Source: Octopus bimaculoides (taxonomy: Eukaryota). Taken from it: a DNA stretch of 64,000 nt. Where the stretch lies: assembly GCF_001194135.2 (NCBI RefSeq), contig NC_068986.1, forward strand, positions 95,746,435 through 95,810,434, read 5' to 3'. The position numbers were made by a program, and so were the translations under genes. The notes beneath the pieces were generated by a model. The model ran no database searches, was not told the DNA's origin, and saw only the letters and a program-made list of their open reading frames with translations. Shown here piece after piece: positions 41,833-55,919 of the stretch. Positions within the stretch are counted from its first letter, which is position 1, and the number at the start of each line of letters is the position of its first letter.

Positions 41833-42009
41833 CAGGGGTCCCCAAACTTTTTAGACCATCGACCCCTTCATGGAATCCTTAACCCCTCATCAACCCCCAG
41901 GTATGTACAAGAAAATAAATAATAATAATAATTAAGGAGATGTGCATTTATCGACACCCCCCCTCCAGGAGTTGTGGGGGGTTGATATCGACCACTTTGG
42001 AGACCCCTG
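41833..42009. mobile_element. hAT (Charlie-like) MITE
   Basis: TIRs CAGGGGTCCCCAAA / TTTGGAGACCCCTG; perfect 8-bp TSD GTCTAAAA (41825-41832, 42010-42017). Confidence 0.92.
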
Positions 42010-44447
42010 GTCTAAAATATAAACTCCAATAAGGTTTGAAACTTCTGTCAAATTCCTGGCACCAACATTAATATAAAAAATGTCTGTAATTGTTCTGCAT
42101 TGTTGGAGATGCAATACTGAGAGCAGTGGCTTTGTGCCAGGAGTTGAGAGATCAAAATATGATAGAGGGACAGGAACAAGTGTCAGAGGAGGTACATGGC
42201 TACCCTAGCAGAAAAGGGAGGAAGGATAGTAGAGATGAAGTGTGAAGATGTACCTGCAAGAAACAAAAGAATGGATAAAAAGGGAATAGGGACACAGAAT
42301 TGATGGCTGGGAGGGTAGGTGTGCAAAAGTGTGAAAGGAGAGTGACAGACAATAGAGATGAAGATAGAGACGAATGCAGTGAATGGTGAAGATGAGTGGA
42401 GGCATGGCCAATAGTGAATCTCAGTTTGGTAAGGAAATATGAGTGGGTCAAGGAGGCGGTGATGATAGGAATCAATGCATAAAAAGAGCATGATGGAGAG
42501 CAGTATAAAAAAAAAACTTAGATGAGAAATAAGAAGATCATATGAAGTGGGTGGGGAGAGAAGATGCACAATGATAGAGATGAAGGTCAGAGGCCTGCAG
42601 GGGTGGTATATAGTGAGTGACAAAAAAAGGTGGAGGGGACATTGATGGCAGATATGAAATGATGATCAAGGAAAATACAATGGTAAAGGATGATGTTGAG
42701 AATGTGGGATGGGTAACAAGTTAAAAGGTTCCAAGGAGAGGAATAACTAGTAGCACAAAAAGGAGGTATAAGTGCAGTTCTATTCTCATGACTGCTGAAA
42801 TCATAAAAAATATATTGGACAATAGATTCACTGAAATAAATGAAAATCAAATCAAATAAAGAAATAAGCTGGTCATGGTTGAAATGCCTTTGATTGCAAG
42901 TCTTCTGAATCAGGGTTGACCTAGGATTCAACAACAACATAGTCTTCTGTATCTATTACTAGAGACTAATTACTCTCTACCAAAATTTAAAAAATTTTTT
43001 TTTGGGGGGGGTCCCTTCTTTTTTCCTTTTTTGTCAGAAAACATGAGCTAAATATGAGAAGTTTGAACTTGTAATGTGAACCTTAATTGAAATTCAAAAA
43101 TAAGGAAATTTTAAACTTATTCAGATTTAAATTTCAGCTAGTTGAAAGGTAGAAAGTACAAATAAATAATTTCTGCTCTCTACTCTTCTTCTTTCTTTAT
43201 TTTCCTTTGAAAGCATCCTAGGTTTAAGAATGTAAAATCTCAAAACAAAATGAGAAAAAAAAAAAAAAAGATACATATAGAATATCTATTTTTGTCTCAC
43301 TGTATACCAAGAATATAATTATAATTCTAAAGAGAAAAAATATTGTTGCTTGACCTGCTAACATACACACATCCACACACAATACATGTGTTTGTGAGAG
43401 ACAGAGACAGACAGACAGACAGAAAAACAATACAAAGAAAGCAAACAATGGGGTAAAAAAATAACCCCAGCCTTCTACTTAATATGATAATTGTTTTTCT
43501 CTGATGTAACAGAAATACCAGTTTTGCTAAACTGTGAACAGTGGAGAACATATTTTGATTAAATTGATCTCAACTAGTTTACTGTTATTGTTTCAATAAT
43601 CCAATTTCTCTTCTTCACCTCTCTGAAATGACAAAAGTTCCCATGGCTGTGAGGTGAAGAAGTTCACACTACAGTCACATGCTTCTAGGTTCAAACTCAT
43701 TGTGCAACATCTAGGGCAAATGTCTTTAACCCCACAACTCTGGGTCAATCCAAGCTTTGTGTATAAAACATCATTAGACAGGAAAACTGTGTGGACAGTC
43801 ATCAGATGGACTGTTTTTATTGTTAAGTGGTAGGCTTAATCTGTTGCTTAATTCAACACCAACAGCTGGCCCTTGAATGCCTTTAACAGAATCCACTCTG
43901 TTGCAAACTTTAGACCATGTCTCTCTGGAAGATATCAAGACCTTCCACCTTTTCTTTCAACAACTTCAGAGACCCAGCAAAATGGTCATAACTGCTGCCC
44001 TTCCTACTCTGACTATATGGAAAATACTAAAAAAAAAATTCACTTTCTTATAAAACTGACATTAAACAGCCAACCATTTACTAATTGCACTCATCTCATT
44101 CCTCTTTACTGTAGGTCTTCCTTACTATAGTTCAATTTTTTAAAATTATTTTAACCCTTACACAGGTATGTATGATTAAGGTGATATAAAGACAGTGAGG
44201 GAAGCCTCTATGCAATCACTCAACATGATAAAAATAGCAGGTAAATCTTCCTCAAATTACCCTACCATTAAAAAAAGAGTGGGAAGGATACATTGGGTAA
44301 AGTAGTCCTGGATATTCAAAAAGACATAATGGTTCAAGGCTGAAATATCTTTGATCCTATGCCTGCTCACTTTTCTATCTTTTTGCACTTTTTTTAATGC
44401 TTTATTTTGTGTACTGTGCACATCCTCCAAGCCTTCATTGCTGTCTT

Positions 44448-44451
<4 letters not shown>

Positions 44452-44484
<33 letters not shown>

Positions 44485-44720
44485 CGCCTTTTTAAAGCCT
44501 AGCCAGGCTCATGGGCCTGGTTTCAATGGCATATGTGTTCCCCAGCTGGACGGGAAGCCAGTCCATCGCAGCGTTACTCATTTTTGCCAGCTGAGTGGAC
44601 TGGAGCAACGTGAAATGAAGTGTTTTGCTCAAGAACACAACGCATCGCCCGGTCCAGGAATCGAAACCACAATCTTACGATCATGGTGCTGACACTCTAT
44701 CCACTAAACCACGCGCCTCT
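44452..44720 (-). mobile_element. tRNA-derived SINE with poly(A) tail
   Basis: Head GAGGCGCGTGGTTTAGTGG...GGTTTCGATTCC; long T run on plus at ~44450-44484; diverged copy near 9690-9850. Confidence 0.85.
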
Positions 44721-47700
44721 TTCTTTACTTGACTTATATGTCTGCTTTCTGTTCCCTCTTTTAAACTTTTCAGTAGGATACTTGAGCATTATATTCAATA
44801 CGCACATTATTATTAGTATCATTATCAGCATTATTATAATGAAAGGTGGCAAACTGACAGAATCATTAGTGCATTGGACAAAATGCGAAACAGCTTTTCT
44901 TCTGGCTCTTTAACATTCTGAATCTAAATCTTGTTGAGGTCAATTTTGTATTTCATTCTTTCAGAATCAATAAAATAAGTATCAATTAAGCGCTGGGATC
45001 GGTGTAATTTACTTGCCCCCTCCCTGCAAATTATAGGCCTTGTGCCTATAGTAGAAATAATAATTATTATAATAATATATTGAAATTTCATAATCTATGG
45101 CCTAAGATACAAATTCTGTTAATTGCATGCTGTCAAGTGGGGATGTATATAAAACTATCAGTTGCATGTATAAAAAGCTGTCAAGTGAAGCAGGATACAT
45201 AAAGAAAAGTCAGCAGGTGTAGGTATATAAAGCGAGTAAATTTGGAGAAATAAAAGGTACATAATGATACTTTCTTCAGTGCATAAGGAGACAATTTATT
45301 ATTGATTGGCAAACAATTTTTGAGTCACATTTATAAGGAGTGATAGAGAACCTGAATCAGGAAGGTTAATAATTGACCTCAATGATATCCCGTGCAGGTG
45401 GCACGTAAAATACACCATTTTGAGCGTGGCCGTTGCCAGTACCGCCTGACTTGCCTTCGTGCCGGTGGCATGTAAAAAGCACCCACTACACTCTCGGAGT
45501 GGTTGGCATTAGGAAGGGCATCCAGCTGTAGAAACTCTGCCAAATCAGNNNNNNNNNNCACTCTCGGAGTGGTTGGCATTAGGAAGGGCATCCAGCTGTA
45601 GAAACTCTGCCAAATCAGATTGGAGCCTGGTGTAGCCATCTGGTTCACCGGTCCTCAGTCAAATCGTCCAACCCATGCTAGCATGGAAAGCGGACGTTAA
45701 ACGATGATGATGATGAATGAGTAACCAAGGATAAAGCTAATATCAATGATTCCATAGTTTACCTCCAAAACATATTTTATTTAAACTGTTGAATTCTCTG
45801 AGACTGAAATAACTGGGTGTTATTAGTGAACTTCAAGTCCAGTTTTAACTCTGGAAAGTTGGTAGTTAGAAAGAAGAGGAGGTGTAAACATGGGCAGTGA
45901 GGGAGTTCAGGAGGGTAATAATCAGAGACGTATATTCTTGGTGTACTAACTAAATGCTATACAACTGTCAAAGCTGGTAAATATTCTTTATAATAATTCC
46001 TGTTCTTGCAATATCATGATATAACCTGGTTGTAATTTGTTTTCAAATAACACATACACAAACTCAAAGATTAACTACTGCTTGCAACCTTAACAAAGAA
46101 TGATTGGGTACAGTGTATAGGAGAGTATCTGGTGTTTTAAAATATAGTGCAATTGAAGGCAGGAGGAGGTATGGATGGATAAAATGGGGTTAGGTGGAAT
46201 TTCATAGAATCAAAGACTGTAGTGAGAATATAGCTTGAAAATTAGTTGGTGCTGTTGTTCAACATCCACCCCTAACTTAGCCTTGATTAAGCAAACCTAT
46301 GATCAACGCTACTCAATCTATGGCAACTGTCTTTTATACAAATATAGTGCACTCTGGAATACATTATTCAATAAGTAAGGTTTGAAGGTAATTTGGTTGC
46401 TATTTTTAGTAGATTAAAAGACCACAGTCTCCAGAATATAGTGAATGAAGACTTGCTTATCTAATAGTTAGCCTGCTTTTCTTTCTTTCAGTATGTTATA
46501 TTGTCCAGAATATTTAGTGCATGCTTCCCAATATGATAGTATTTAGATACAGATCTAGTGACAGTATCTTAGTGATCAGCATTGAAGCCGCTCAAGTGGT
46601 CAATGCTAGTCATTTTCAAGCTCTGAAATGTTATCTTTCGATGTAACATTTGGGTTTCATGGGGTTCAAGCCAATGAGGAAACCTTTACAAGATTGATCA
46701 ATCTGCTAGAAATCATAGCTAAATCTTCATCAAATTAAATCTTACCATTTTAAAAATAAAAGAATACATTGGATAAGATGGTCCTAGATACATTATGTCT
46801 GAATAAAAGATGTGATGGTCACAGCAGGAACACCCTTCAGAGTTCTACGAAATCAAGGTTGATTTTAGACTAAATAACAACAATGTCAAAGTTAATGTTG
46901 TTGTTTATTTACTTAATTATTGTCTTTCTTTGTGTATAAAAACTCACAGCATCAGATACATCAACTAGGCTAAACCTATCTCACTCCAACTTATATTATC
47001 ATATTATTAAACCCAACATGGCAAGCTAATGAATTTTCTTGATAATGTTACGACACCATAACTTCTGTTATTGCTTATCTAAATAACAAGTAGTTTCTAC
47101 TTGTGAATTACTTGTGGACTGAGCCTTTTATTAATTCTGTCTTGGTTACAGACACAACAGAGGATAGAAAACTATACAACCCACTCAGCTGATTGTCAGG
47201 TTCTCTACTCACTCGGCCAAAATGATAATTAATAACAAAATATTTTGGCCAACTTTATAACAAGTTTATTCAAACACTTGGGATGTTGAAAAACCAAAAA
47301 CCAAAAAAAAAAAAAAAAAAAAAAAAAAGACAAGGGAAGAATACTTATTAAAAATATGAGACAAGAAAACCCTGCAACCTAACACATAAGAACATATAAA
47401 ATACGTTGATTGTTATGCTTTGCAGGTAAATTAACAAAGAATGCAAATATCTGACATTTGATTACAACTGTTATTGTTTAACTCCAGGCTAGTCTCAAAT
47501 GAACAGACCTAAGGCCAAAAGCATTCCAGCCATGACCATCTTGTTTTTTACTTAAATGCAGTGTCTCTCGGACCATATTATTCACTCTTTCTTTCATTTT
47601 TGTAAAACAAAACATATTTTAAAAGGCATTTGGCTGCAGTTTCTAGCAAATCAAGCCATCATATAGATATTTCCCTCATTGACTTGTTTGAGTAAAAATT

Positions 47701-48096
47701 GATATGATTGAATCACAAATGGTCAGAAGTAAAGCTAAATTAAAGGGGAAAATAATGTCAGTCTTTTTTTAAAAATAAATAAGTACATAAAATAACCCCA
47801 CCAAAATAAAACAATGTATTCTTCTGGTTGCAATCAACTTGAAACATATAAGTAGACTACGTTGACCTAAATGAATAAAACTGAAGACAAAGTCTGAAAG
47901 AAAGGAAAGGATTGGCGACAGACAGAACTGATTTATTTGTAATCAGAATATAATTGAGAGATAGTTAATTAGGTTAGTCATTATTTAGATAATCTTTAAC
48001 AAATGTTGACATTTTTTTTTAATGGAGAAATTTTAAGAAGGACAGTGAGACAATATTAAAAAATATTTGACAACAAACAATATTTAAATGCATGAA

Positions 48097-48310
48097 GGGT
48101 GGTGAGCTGGTAGGGTCGTTAGCATGCCAGGTGAAATGCTTAGCGGTATTTCATCTGCCATTACGTTCTGAGTTCAAATTCTGCTGAGGTCAACTTTGCC
48201 TTTCATCCTTTCGGGGCCGATAAATTAAGTACCAGTTGTGTACTAGAGTTGATCTAATCGACTGGCCCCACTCCCGCAAAATTTTGGGCCTTCTGCCTAG
48301 AGTAGAAAAG
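48097..48310 (+). mobile_element. Full-length tRNA-headed SINE; central GCCTTTCATCCTTTCGGGG-GATAAA-AAGTACCAG segment is possibly Meta-domain-like
   Basis: B-box-like GAGTTCAAATTC; TSD-like AATATTTAAAT(G/A)CATG at 48079-48094 and 48311-48326. Domain name is from memory. Confidence 0.8.
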
Positions 48311-48344
48311 AATATTTAAATACATGTGTGTGTGTATGTATGTT

Positions 48345-48375
<31 letters not shown>

Positions 48376-48386
48376 CTGTGTATGTA

Positions 48387-49273
48387 CAGGGTGTGGTGAA
48401 TAAACTGTCGTCTAAATTACGCAAAAATGAAAATAACACTGACATCTCATTTTAACAGATATGTTTACCAAAATTAGATAAAAATATCTTGAAATGCTAA
48501 AGAGCAAATTTATTCAATAAAATTGCCATTGGCTTCAACCATTGCTTCTAAACAACTTTGGAATCTCTTGCAATTCTTCTGGACAGTCTCCTTGTTTAAG
48601 CTGGTAAATGTTGCCATAATACTTGTCTTCAGTTCATCTTTGGTGTTACAAGGAGTTTTGTTGGTCTCTCGCTCAACTGTGCCCCACACATAATAATCAA
48701 GGGGGTTGCAGTCTGGGGAGTTAGGTAGCCAAATGTTAGGGATGATGAGGTTGCAGAAATTGTCTGACAGCCATGACTGGGTTCTCCTGCTTGTGTGGCA
48801 TGGTGCAGAGTCCTGTTGCCAGACAGGTTGTTCCAGCAACCAGCATCTTGATCCAGGGCAGTACTACCTCCTCCAGGCACTTGATGTAGGCATCCATGTT
48901 GAGTCTGAGGCTGTGTGGGAAGATAAATGTAGGTATAATGTCACCATCACTAGTGATCACTCCAAACACCATGATGTTGACTGGATATTTGATTTTTATT
49001 ACTTTGAGTACATGTTTTGGGGAGACGGCAAGCCAACGGTTGTTCTGTGTGTTCCCCGTCTGTTCGTATTGGAGCTTCTGGCATGAATGCCAAGAAGTAC
49101 AGCATGTCATTTCCAAATTTCTGGCAGAGTGAATTGCGTCATGATGCTGTTGTTTTCACAGACAGTACCCTACTGACCCTACTATGCTGTGTAGTTGACA
49201 AAATCACAAAAAAACAATGCATATGTGTAAAATCAAAAATATAAAATGGTGACAATTTACCCATCACACCCTG
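48387..49273 (-). mobile_element. Tc1/mariner DD37D (maT-like) internally deleted element, copy 2
   Basis: TIRs CAGGGTGTG(G/A)TG, TA flanks; QQD-SAPCH...NSPDCNPL-DY has 37 residues between the 2nd and 3rd catalytic D by manual count. Confidence 0.9.
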
Positions 49274-49277
49274 TATA

Positions 49278-49319
<42 letters not shown>

Positions 49320-51672
49320 TATATATATTGTGCCGGTGGTACGTAAAAAGCACCCACTACACTCTCGGTGTGGTTGGTGTTAGGAAGGGCATCCAGCTGT
49401 AGAAACTCTGCCAGATCAGATTGGAGCCTGGTGCAGCCATCTGGTTCACCAGTCCTCAGTGAAATCGTCCAACCCATGCTAGCATGGAAAGCGGACGTTA
49501 AATGATGATGATGATGATATGATGGATTCTCCCATTGATTTCAATGTGTCCAGTGGCCATTGTGATCAACTCATTGAATTACCACATGAAGTGGGTAACT
49601 ATTCCAGGATTGGAATATTGATACATCCTAGCTTAATGTGACAAAGCTGAACTTTTCAATTACAGTTACAGTCTATCTAGCAGGCTTCTCAGGTTCTTTC
49701 TACCTAAATTCACTAAAAAGGTTTGGGTTGTCAACATGCCATGCATTAGGATCAAGCCCAGGACCTCGTGGTTGCAGAGTGAACATCTTAACAACTCAAC
49801 CAAGCCTGTATTTAATGTGTGTGTGTGTGTGAGAGGGGAGAGGGAGGGAGAAGGAGAGAGAGAACAAATAAAAGGTGAGTGAGTTGTATCTATATTTGCT
49901 TGTAAAAAAAAATAATAGAGTATCGCTCTTGCTGCACTGCATATACAAACACTCTTAGCCTTATCACAAAAAGTGCCACCTTTGGCTCACCAACGACCTC
50001 CAATCTCTAGCCCCCAGACAAGCTGTACCTCCTGCATTTCTAAAACTATTATATAGGTCCCTGTTTTTCAGTTCTTAACAGTCCTGTATCAACTTCACCC
50101 AGGCCCACCTGACTTACATGTCTCCCATCATCGCCAAAAATGTGTCTACCACCCCCTCTCATCAGGCACCACACTGTCACACTTTTCAATCCTTCCTCTT
50201 GACAAAAGTACTTTTTAAAAAGAGGGTCTGTGGTAGGATTCTGGGTTTTACATGTTCTATTTAAGATTTCAAACATACTGTTCTTGTTTTAAAAAAGGGA
50301 AATTTAAAAAGAAAACAAGATCTTATTGTTAACTTTTGCACAAGTACTGTCAGTGAATTAGACACAGATCGGAACTGATACAACAGACCTTTGATCAAAC
50401 CATTCAAAAATTGGACCAAACGATTTGTTTTTCACCTTTTTTCAAGTCTATCGCATCTAGGACTACATTATCATATTGGTTCTTTCATTTTTTAAAACAG
50501 TAGGTCATGGTCAGGTCGAGGAACCACACATAAGTCCCCTTGTCGACTTGTGTTATTATAGTAGTTTAGCTACAGGTCAACCTTGACCAGGTCTGTCTAC
50601 GTAGGCTAGTGTTTAAAAATAAAACGAATGGTGGAAGCTAATCAACTTTCAAAACTGTCAAACAGGATTGTCGACTTTCAGTTTAATTGACAGTTTATAA
50701 ACCAGGTGAGCCGAAAGTATTTGCTTCATAGATTGACACTCCTGAAATATTTTGTCTGTAGGAAGAGTCCATCTATCCTGGTTGGAACCCTTTCACTACC
50801 TACATTGTATGAAATGTATGAAAAATCACAACTCATACCCACTTGCTTCTCCATAAAAAGGTTCTACGCTTACGTGAGCAAGAATCGAATATTTGCATTC
50901 AATAGAACGATGAAGTTATTGTTGAGTTCCAGATCAGTCCTGATGAAGCAAACTTATGATCAAAGACCGTGTCCATTTTTTTTTTCCGGACAAGAACACA
51001 TTTAGCTGTTACTTTTAGCAAGTCGAGTAACCGTATAGAGGTTCCCTGTCAACTTCACTGCTATGCCAGAATGGTAAAGTTTGTGCAGACGGCAAAGGGT
51101 CTTGGTGAATGATGTTCAATGTCCGAGATCAAAGTAACTCAGTCCGAATCGATATTAAGTACCAGTTAGAACATGAGTCGACTCGATTGCTCATACATTA
51201 TCCTACTACAAAATCGTATTAATTCTCAGGCAAGGAAATCGATATTATTTACATAGTCACATGGAGAGTGATTCAGATTGTCTCCAAGGTTCTACCAGGG
51301 TTCTACCAGTTATACCAGGGTTTAGCGCTGCTTCTTTATTCTTCCATGGTTCGATTAAAAGTTCCAGTGTTCCATTCAATAAACTATAACCGCAATTTTT
51401 TTTTTAACAACACAAACTTCTTGTTTACTCAAAGAAAGACTTTTCTTTTAAGGAAATTATTATTTACATATGCAGACGGAAAGAGAAAGAGCCAGGACAG
51501 TACTACATGGACAAAGTGAGTGTCGGTAGGAGTAGGGTTAAAAACGACATTAGAGCATAACTTCAAATCTGCAATTCTAACAGAACACAACATATTTGTG
51601 TGTTATGAAAGTGTCAGAAATAATCTGCACTAGAATTTGATACGAAAATCGCCAGTATTCATTTTTACTCAC

Positions 51673-51738
51673 GTTATTGCCGGTAATAAATTGGTGAGGG
51701 TGGTGATGCCTATGTAAACTGCCAACGTGTTCTACCAT
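51673..51738 (-). CDS. RNF121: Probable RNF121 exon 1: MVEHVGSLHRHHHPHQFITGNN
   Basis: caaaATGG context, 22 codons, phase-0 GTGAGT donor fitting exon 2; CpG-retaining region; gives a 329-aa protein, close to vertebrate length. No sequence homology test possible; 21.9-kb intron 1. Confidence 0.7.
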
Positions 51739-51739
51739 T

Positions 51740-51900
51740 TTGACGCACCGCAGACGACTTGGGAAGGGAGGTAACTCTTTGCAAAGTTGACCGTTCGGCA
51801 GGTTTTTAGGTAGTTTTTCTTCTGCTTTTTCCGGTAACACTCGTATACTTTCGTTGAATTCCGGTGATACTCTTTCTGGAATAGGAAATAAACAAATATA
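51740..51900 (-). promoter_or_regulatory. Putative RNF121 5' UTR/core promoter
   Basis: Locally elevated CpG; two ACCGGAA ETS-like cores within a direct repeat TTCCGGTRAYACTC at 51829-51842 and 51859-51872. Confidence 0.35.
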
Positions 51901-54900
51901 TGAATGATGGATTAAATAAAATAAATGGGTAATTACGAAAGTATGGCTAAGCTGGTCGAGTGATGTAAAAGAGAAACAGATATAAATAGAGGGAGTGAGA
52001 GAGAGAGAGATAAACATATACAAAATATAGATGAAAAGACCTCCCCACCTCATCCACGCCCACAATGATATGAAAATAAAAGGTAAAGAGGATATAGAAA
52101 AAAATTATATTTCTATGAAAAGGAAAATAAAGGAGGTGTATGTGTGAAATATCGCGAAAAAGAGAAAAAGGGAGTAGTATGAGTGAAAGCCACCGTTACA
52201 AACATTGCTGATGAGTGAGGGGGATTAGATGCGAAAGAAAGATAGCAGTGAAAAGGAGTATAAACAAATAGAGAGAGAGTAGCATGGTGAAACTGACAAA
52301 AACAGACGATAAGGAACTTGAGAGAATATGTTTAGGAGATGAGTGAAAGTAAGGAAAATATGTAGAATCTTTTAGAGAGTGAGTGAAGAGAAACGAAATT
52401 TACTCATGTATTGAGAGGGAGAGAAAGGAAGTATTATTAGAAAGAGAGAGATGGCCGAGGATTTTAGTAAACATACTTTGTTACCAGGACGTTTAAAGTC
52501 GTTGTTCCTAGGACATCTTTGCTCCTCCAGTTTGGAGGATTAAACAAGCAACGTAAGAACAGTGAGACGTTGATTGACTCAGGTAAATATTGACAGATTT
52601 TTTTTTCTTTTAGATTTATTAAAGTCAGAAAGAAAAGAAAAAACTACAGCATCACAAGAAAGGCGGTTTCAGTTCGTTAAAGTAAAAAAAAAAAAAGATG
52701 AAGGATGGAAGCTAAATAAAAGAGCTTCTCCCTGTCCTGGGAGAGGTTTGGAAACCTTTCGTTTATTTATGACTTGCTTTTATCTTTCGTTGGACAAGAA
52801 AGAAACTGCTACATATTGTCGAGGCTCATTCATTGAAAAAATCTTTCTCTTCATTTTTGCTGTTCATGATGGGGGAAATGTTTAGAGTTGTTGAGGGTCT
52901 TTCTGCTTTTTTTGTATATGTTGTGAAATCTGTCATGTTGTGTGTGTTGTATTGCATTCTGTTATGTAGCAGTGTAATCTATAAGCATTGTGTGGTGTGT
53001 TACGATGTAAGTCTGTAGTGTTAGGTTGTAAAATAGCGATTCTCTTTGGTTGTATTATGGTATAGTGCATTATGTTGCGAAGTAGTGTATCTGTGGTATG
53101 TTATGGCGTAGAGTGATGTGAAAAAGTGTGTGAGCTATTGTGTATTGTGTTATGAAATGGTGTGTTGTGTTGTGAAGTAGTGTGATTTATTTTGTTGTTA
53201 AGTAATGTGTGATCTGTTGTGTATAGTTCTATGAAGAAGTGTGATTTCTGATGGGTTGAGTTGTACATATGCCAGTTCATTTGCTGTGTATTTCGTGTCT
53301 GTCAATATTATGGCATATTTTGTTTTGAATGAATTGGATGATTTATTGTGTTGTTTTTTGTTTTATATAAATTATATATAACATAGAACAATTCTATTGT
53401 TTTCTATTTTGTATGTGTTAATGTATGATATTTTCTGTTGTTTAACTCCAGGTCAGCCTTGATCGAGCAGGCCTATAGTGAAAGATGTTCCAGTTCTGCC
53501 CATCTAGTCTTTTTGTTTATCCAGAAATCTAGGAATAGATTATCCAACATGCCCTTCCATTTTAGTACACGAGCGTGTTAATCAAAGGAGATTTGGCAAC
53601 TATTTCCAGAATTTTGATTTATCGCGTAGAGGATTCTTCTTCGGCTCGTGATATATTTTGCAGTGTGGTCTCTGTGGATATGTGATGTGGTTATTATTGT
53701 TTTGTATATAGTGTTTTGGATACGTTGTGTGAAGTGGTATGATGTCTGATGTGCATCTTTACTTAGCATTCCTGTTATGTATTATATATAAATGCATATA
53801 CGGACATATACCCATATGTATTTTAGTAACGCTGTGAATTTAGGCCCCCAAGCTTTGTTATAATGTAATTATAGTAGTGTATTGTTTGATTCATTGAGTC
53901 TATTCTTGTTTCAATTATATATATATATATATATATAATGGTGGGGGGATGTTTTATGCAGCATGGTGTGTTCTCTGATAATTGTGATCCGCTCTTTATT
54001 GTGCTCTCTCGCACTCCCTTTCTTTTGTGTGTGTGTGTGTATACACTTAGTATTGGTTTCATGCTGTGGTTGATTGAGGTAATCCCGACAATAATAATGA
54101 TATACCAACTCCATTAACCAATTTGAGTGTTTTTTGTTTTTCGCTTTGTGGATTTTTAGACAATTGCACGCACACAGTGTGTATGTATGCAGGTGTAATA
54201 ATATTATGGAATACTCCATTTGATATCCTATGTCATACTGTTCTTTGTTTTCATTCCTACCCTTTTCTTCGTTGTATGTTGATATCTCGTATTGATTCAA
54301 CTGGATCTTTATAATCTTTCTGAAGACTATATGGGTCTCTTGTGTGTACGTAAATATAATATATGCTGCCTATAAAATTGTACTTTCTTTGTAATATGCA
54401 ATGTATACTCGCGTTTTTTTTTTCTCCATCTTTAATTTCTCAATACATTGAGGATCGGCACCCTTTTCGTTACACATACACACTACTTTATGTATTGGAT
54501 ACTTTTTCCCTCATTTGTAAACAAATGTTCACCAATGCACACGGATATACATGCCTTCACACTCGTATCTGAATTTAACAGAGTACACCTTAATTCACAT
54601 TAATCGGAGTGCAACTCATAAAGCAATAAATGTGTACTAATACTTCAGAGCTGCGACAAAAGTTTTTCTTAAAACAATAACACTAAAAAAAAATTCTACA
54701 TACCATTTTAAATAATCGCACACACATAATAACATAAATATATAAATGTCATCATCATCATCATCATCGTTTTAACGTCCACTTTCCCGAACGGAGTTGA
54801 GGCGGATCTATTTCAAAACGGAGGCAGATTTTCAACGCCCGGATGCCCTTCCTGGCGCCAACCCTCACTTGTTCAGATGCGTGGTAGTATTTCTTCATTG

Positions 54901-55777
54901 ACGTGTTTAGGCAGAATATTGTCAATAAATGACACTGCTTGTATGACAGTGACAAGCATTTTACAACTATCACTCAATGTCAGGACAAGGAAACGCGCGC
55001 GCGCGCATATGTATACACACACAGCATACTTCAGTCAGTTTCCATCTACCAAATCCACTCAGAAGACACTTGCTCAAGTGCCATGTTGTGTGACTGAGCC
55101 CAGAACCATATGGTTGGAAAGCAAACTTCTTACAGCCATGGTGTGATGATGATGATGAATACATACAAGACAATAAAGATCCACTATGAAAGATATCACA
55201 CTAGAACACACTTGCCTGGGGTAGCATGCAGTGGAACTGAACCCCAAACCACATGGTTGGGAAGCAAACTTCTTCACCACACAGCAATTCCTTTGTATAT
55301 TCATGTGTCATTGTGTAAACACATTCAAAAAGCTTGGGCACAAGCACACTCATTTATACAAGTGTGTGTATATATATATACAAGTATATATATGTGTATG
55401 TATATAAATGTGTGTGTTTGTATGAGCATGGAAAAGTGGATGTAAAAAGAAATGATGATGATGATAGTATATATGATGGTCTTCTGTACAGTTTTTGTGT
55501 GACAAATTTCACTTACAAGGTCTGTCTGAAATCCACTCTTTTTCCATACAAGGTTTTTCACAACATAGGTAATGTTATATACTCAACATTGGCTAATATT
55601 TAACATTGGACCATATCCTAACTCTCACATATAGTAGGTATCAGATGACTTGAGAAAGTTACTATATCCAAGGGAGATTTATCTTTCATCTGTTTTAATC
55701 CCATGAGGCTAGATCCAACTCTCTGAAGTTAGTTACTGCCAAAAGTGTATGTCTGTGTAAGTGTGTGTGTATGTTTG

Positions 55778-55919
<142 letters not shown>

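Noticed and set aside
45490-45608. Direct duplication of ~58 bp inside an RTE copy
   Set aside because: The two copies flank a short N gap; typical unmerged contig overlap.
51476-51515. Plus-strand mini-exon ending ATG GAC AAA/GTGAGT (overlapping divergent gene)
   Set aside because: No in-frame downstream exon found in 52-64 kb; the best acceptor (~52613) gives an immediate stop.
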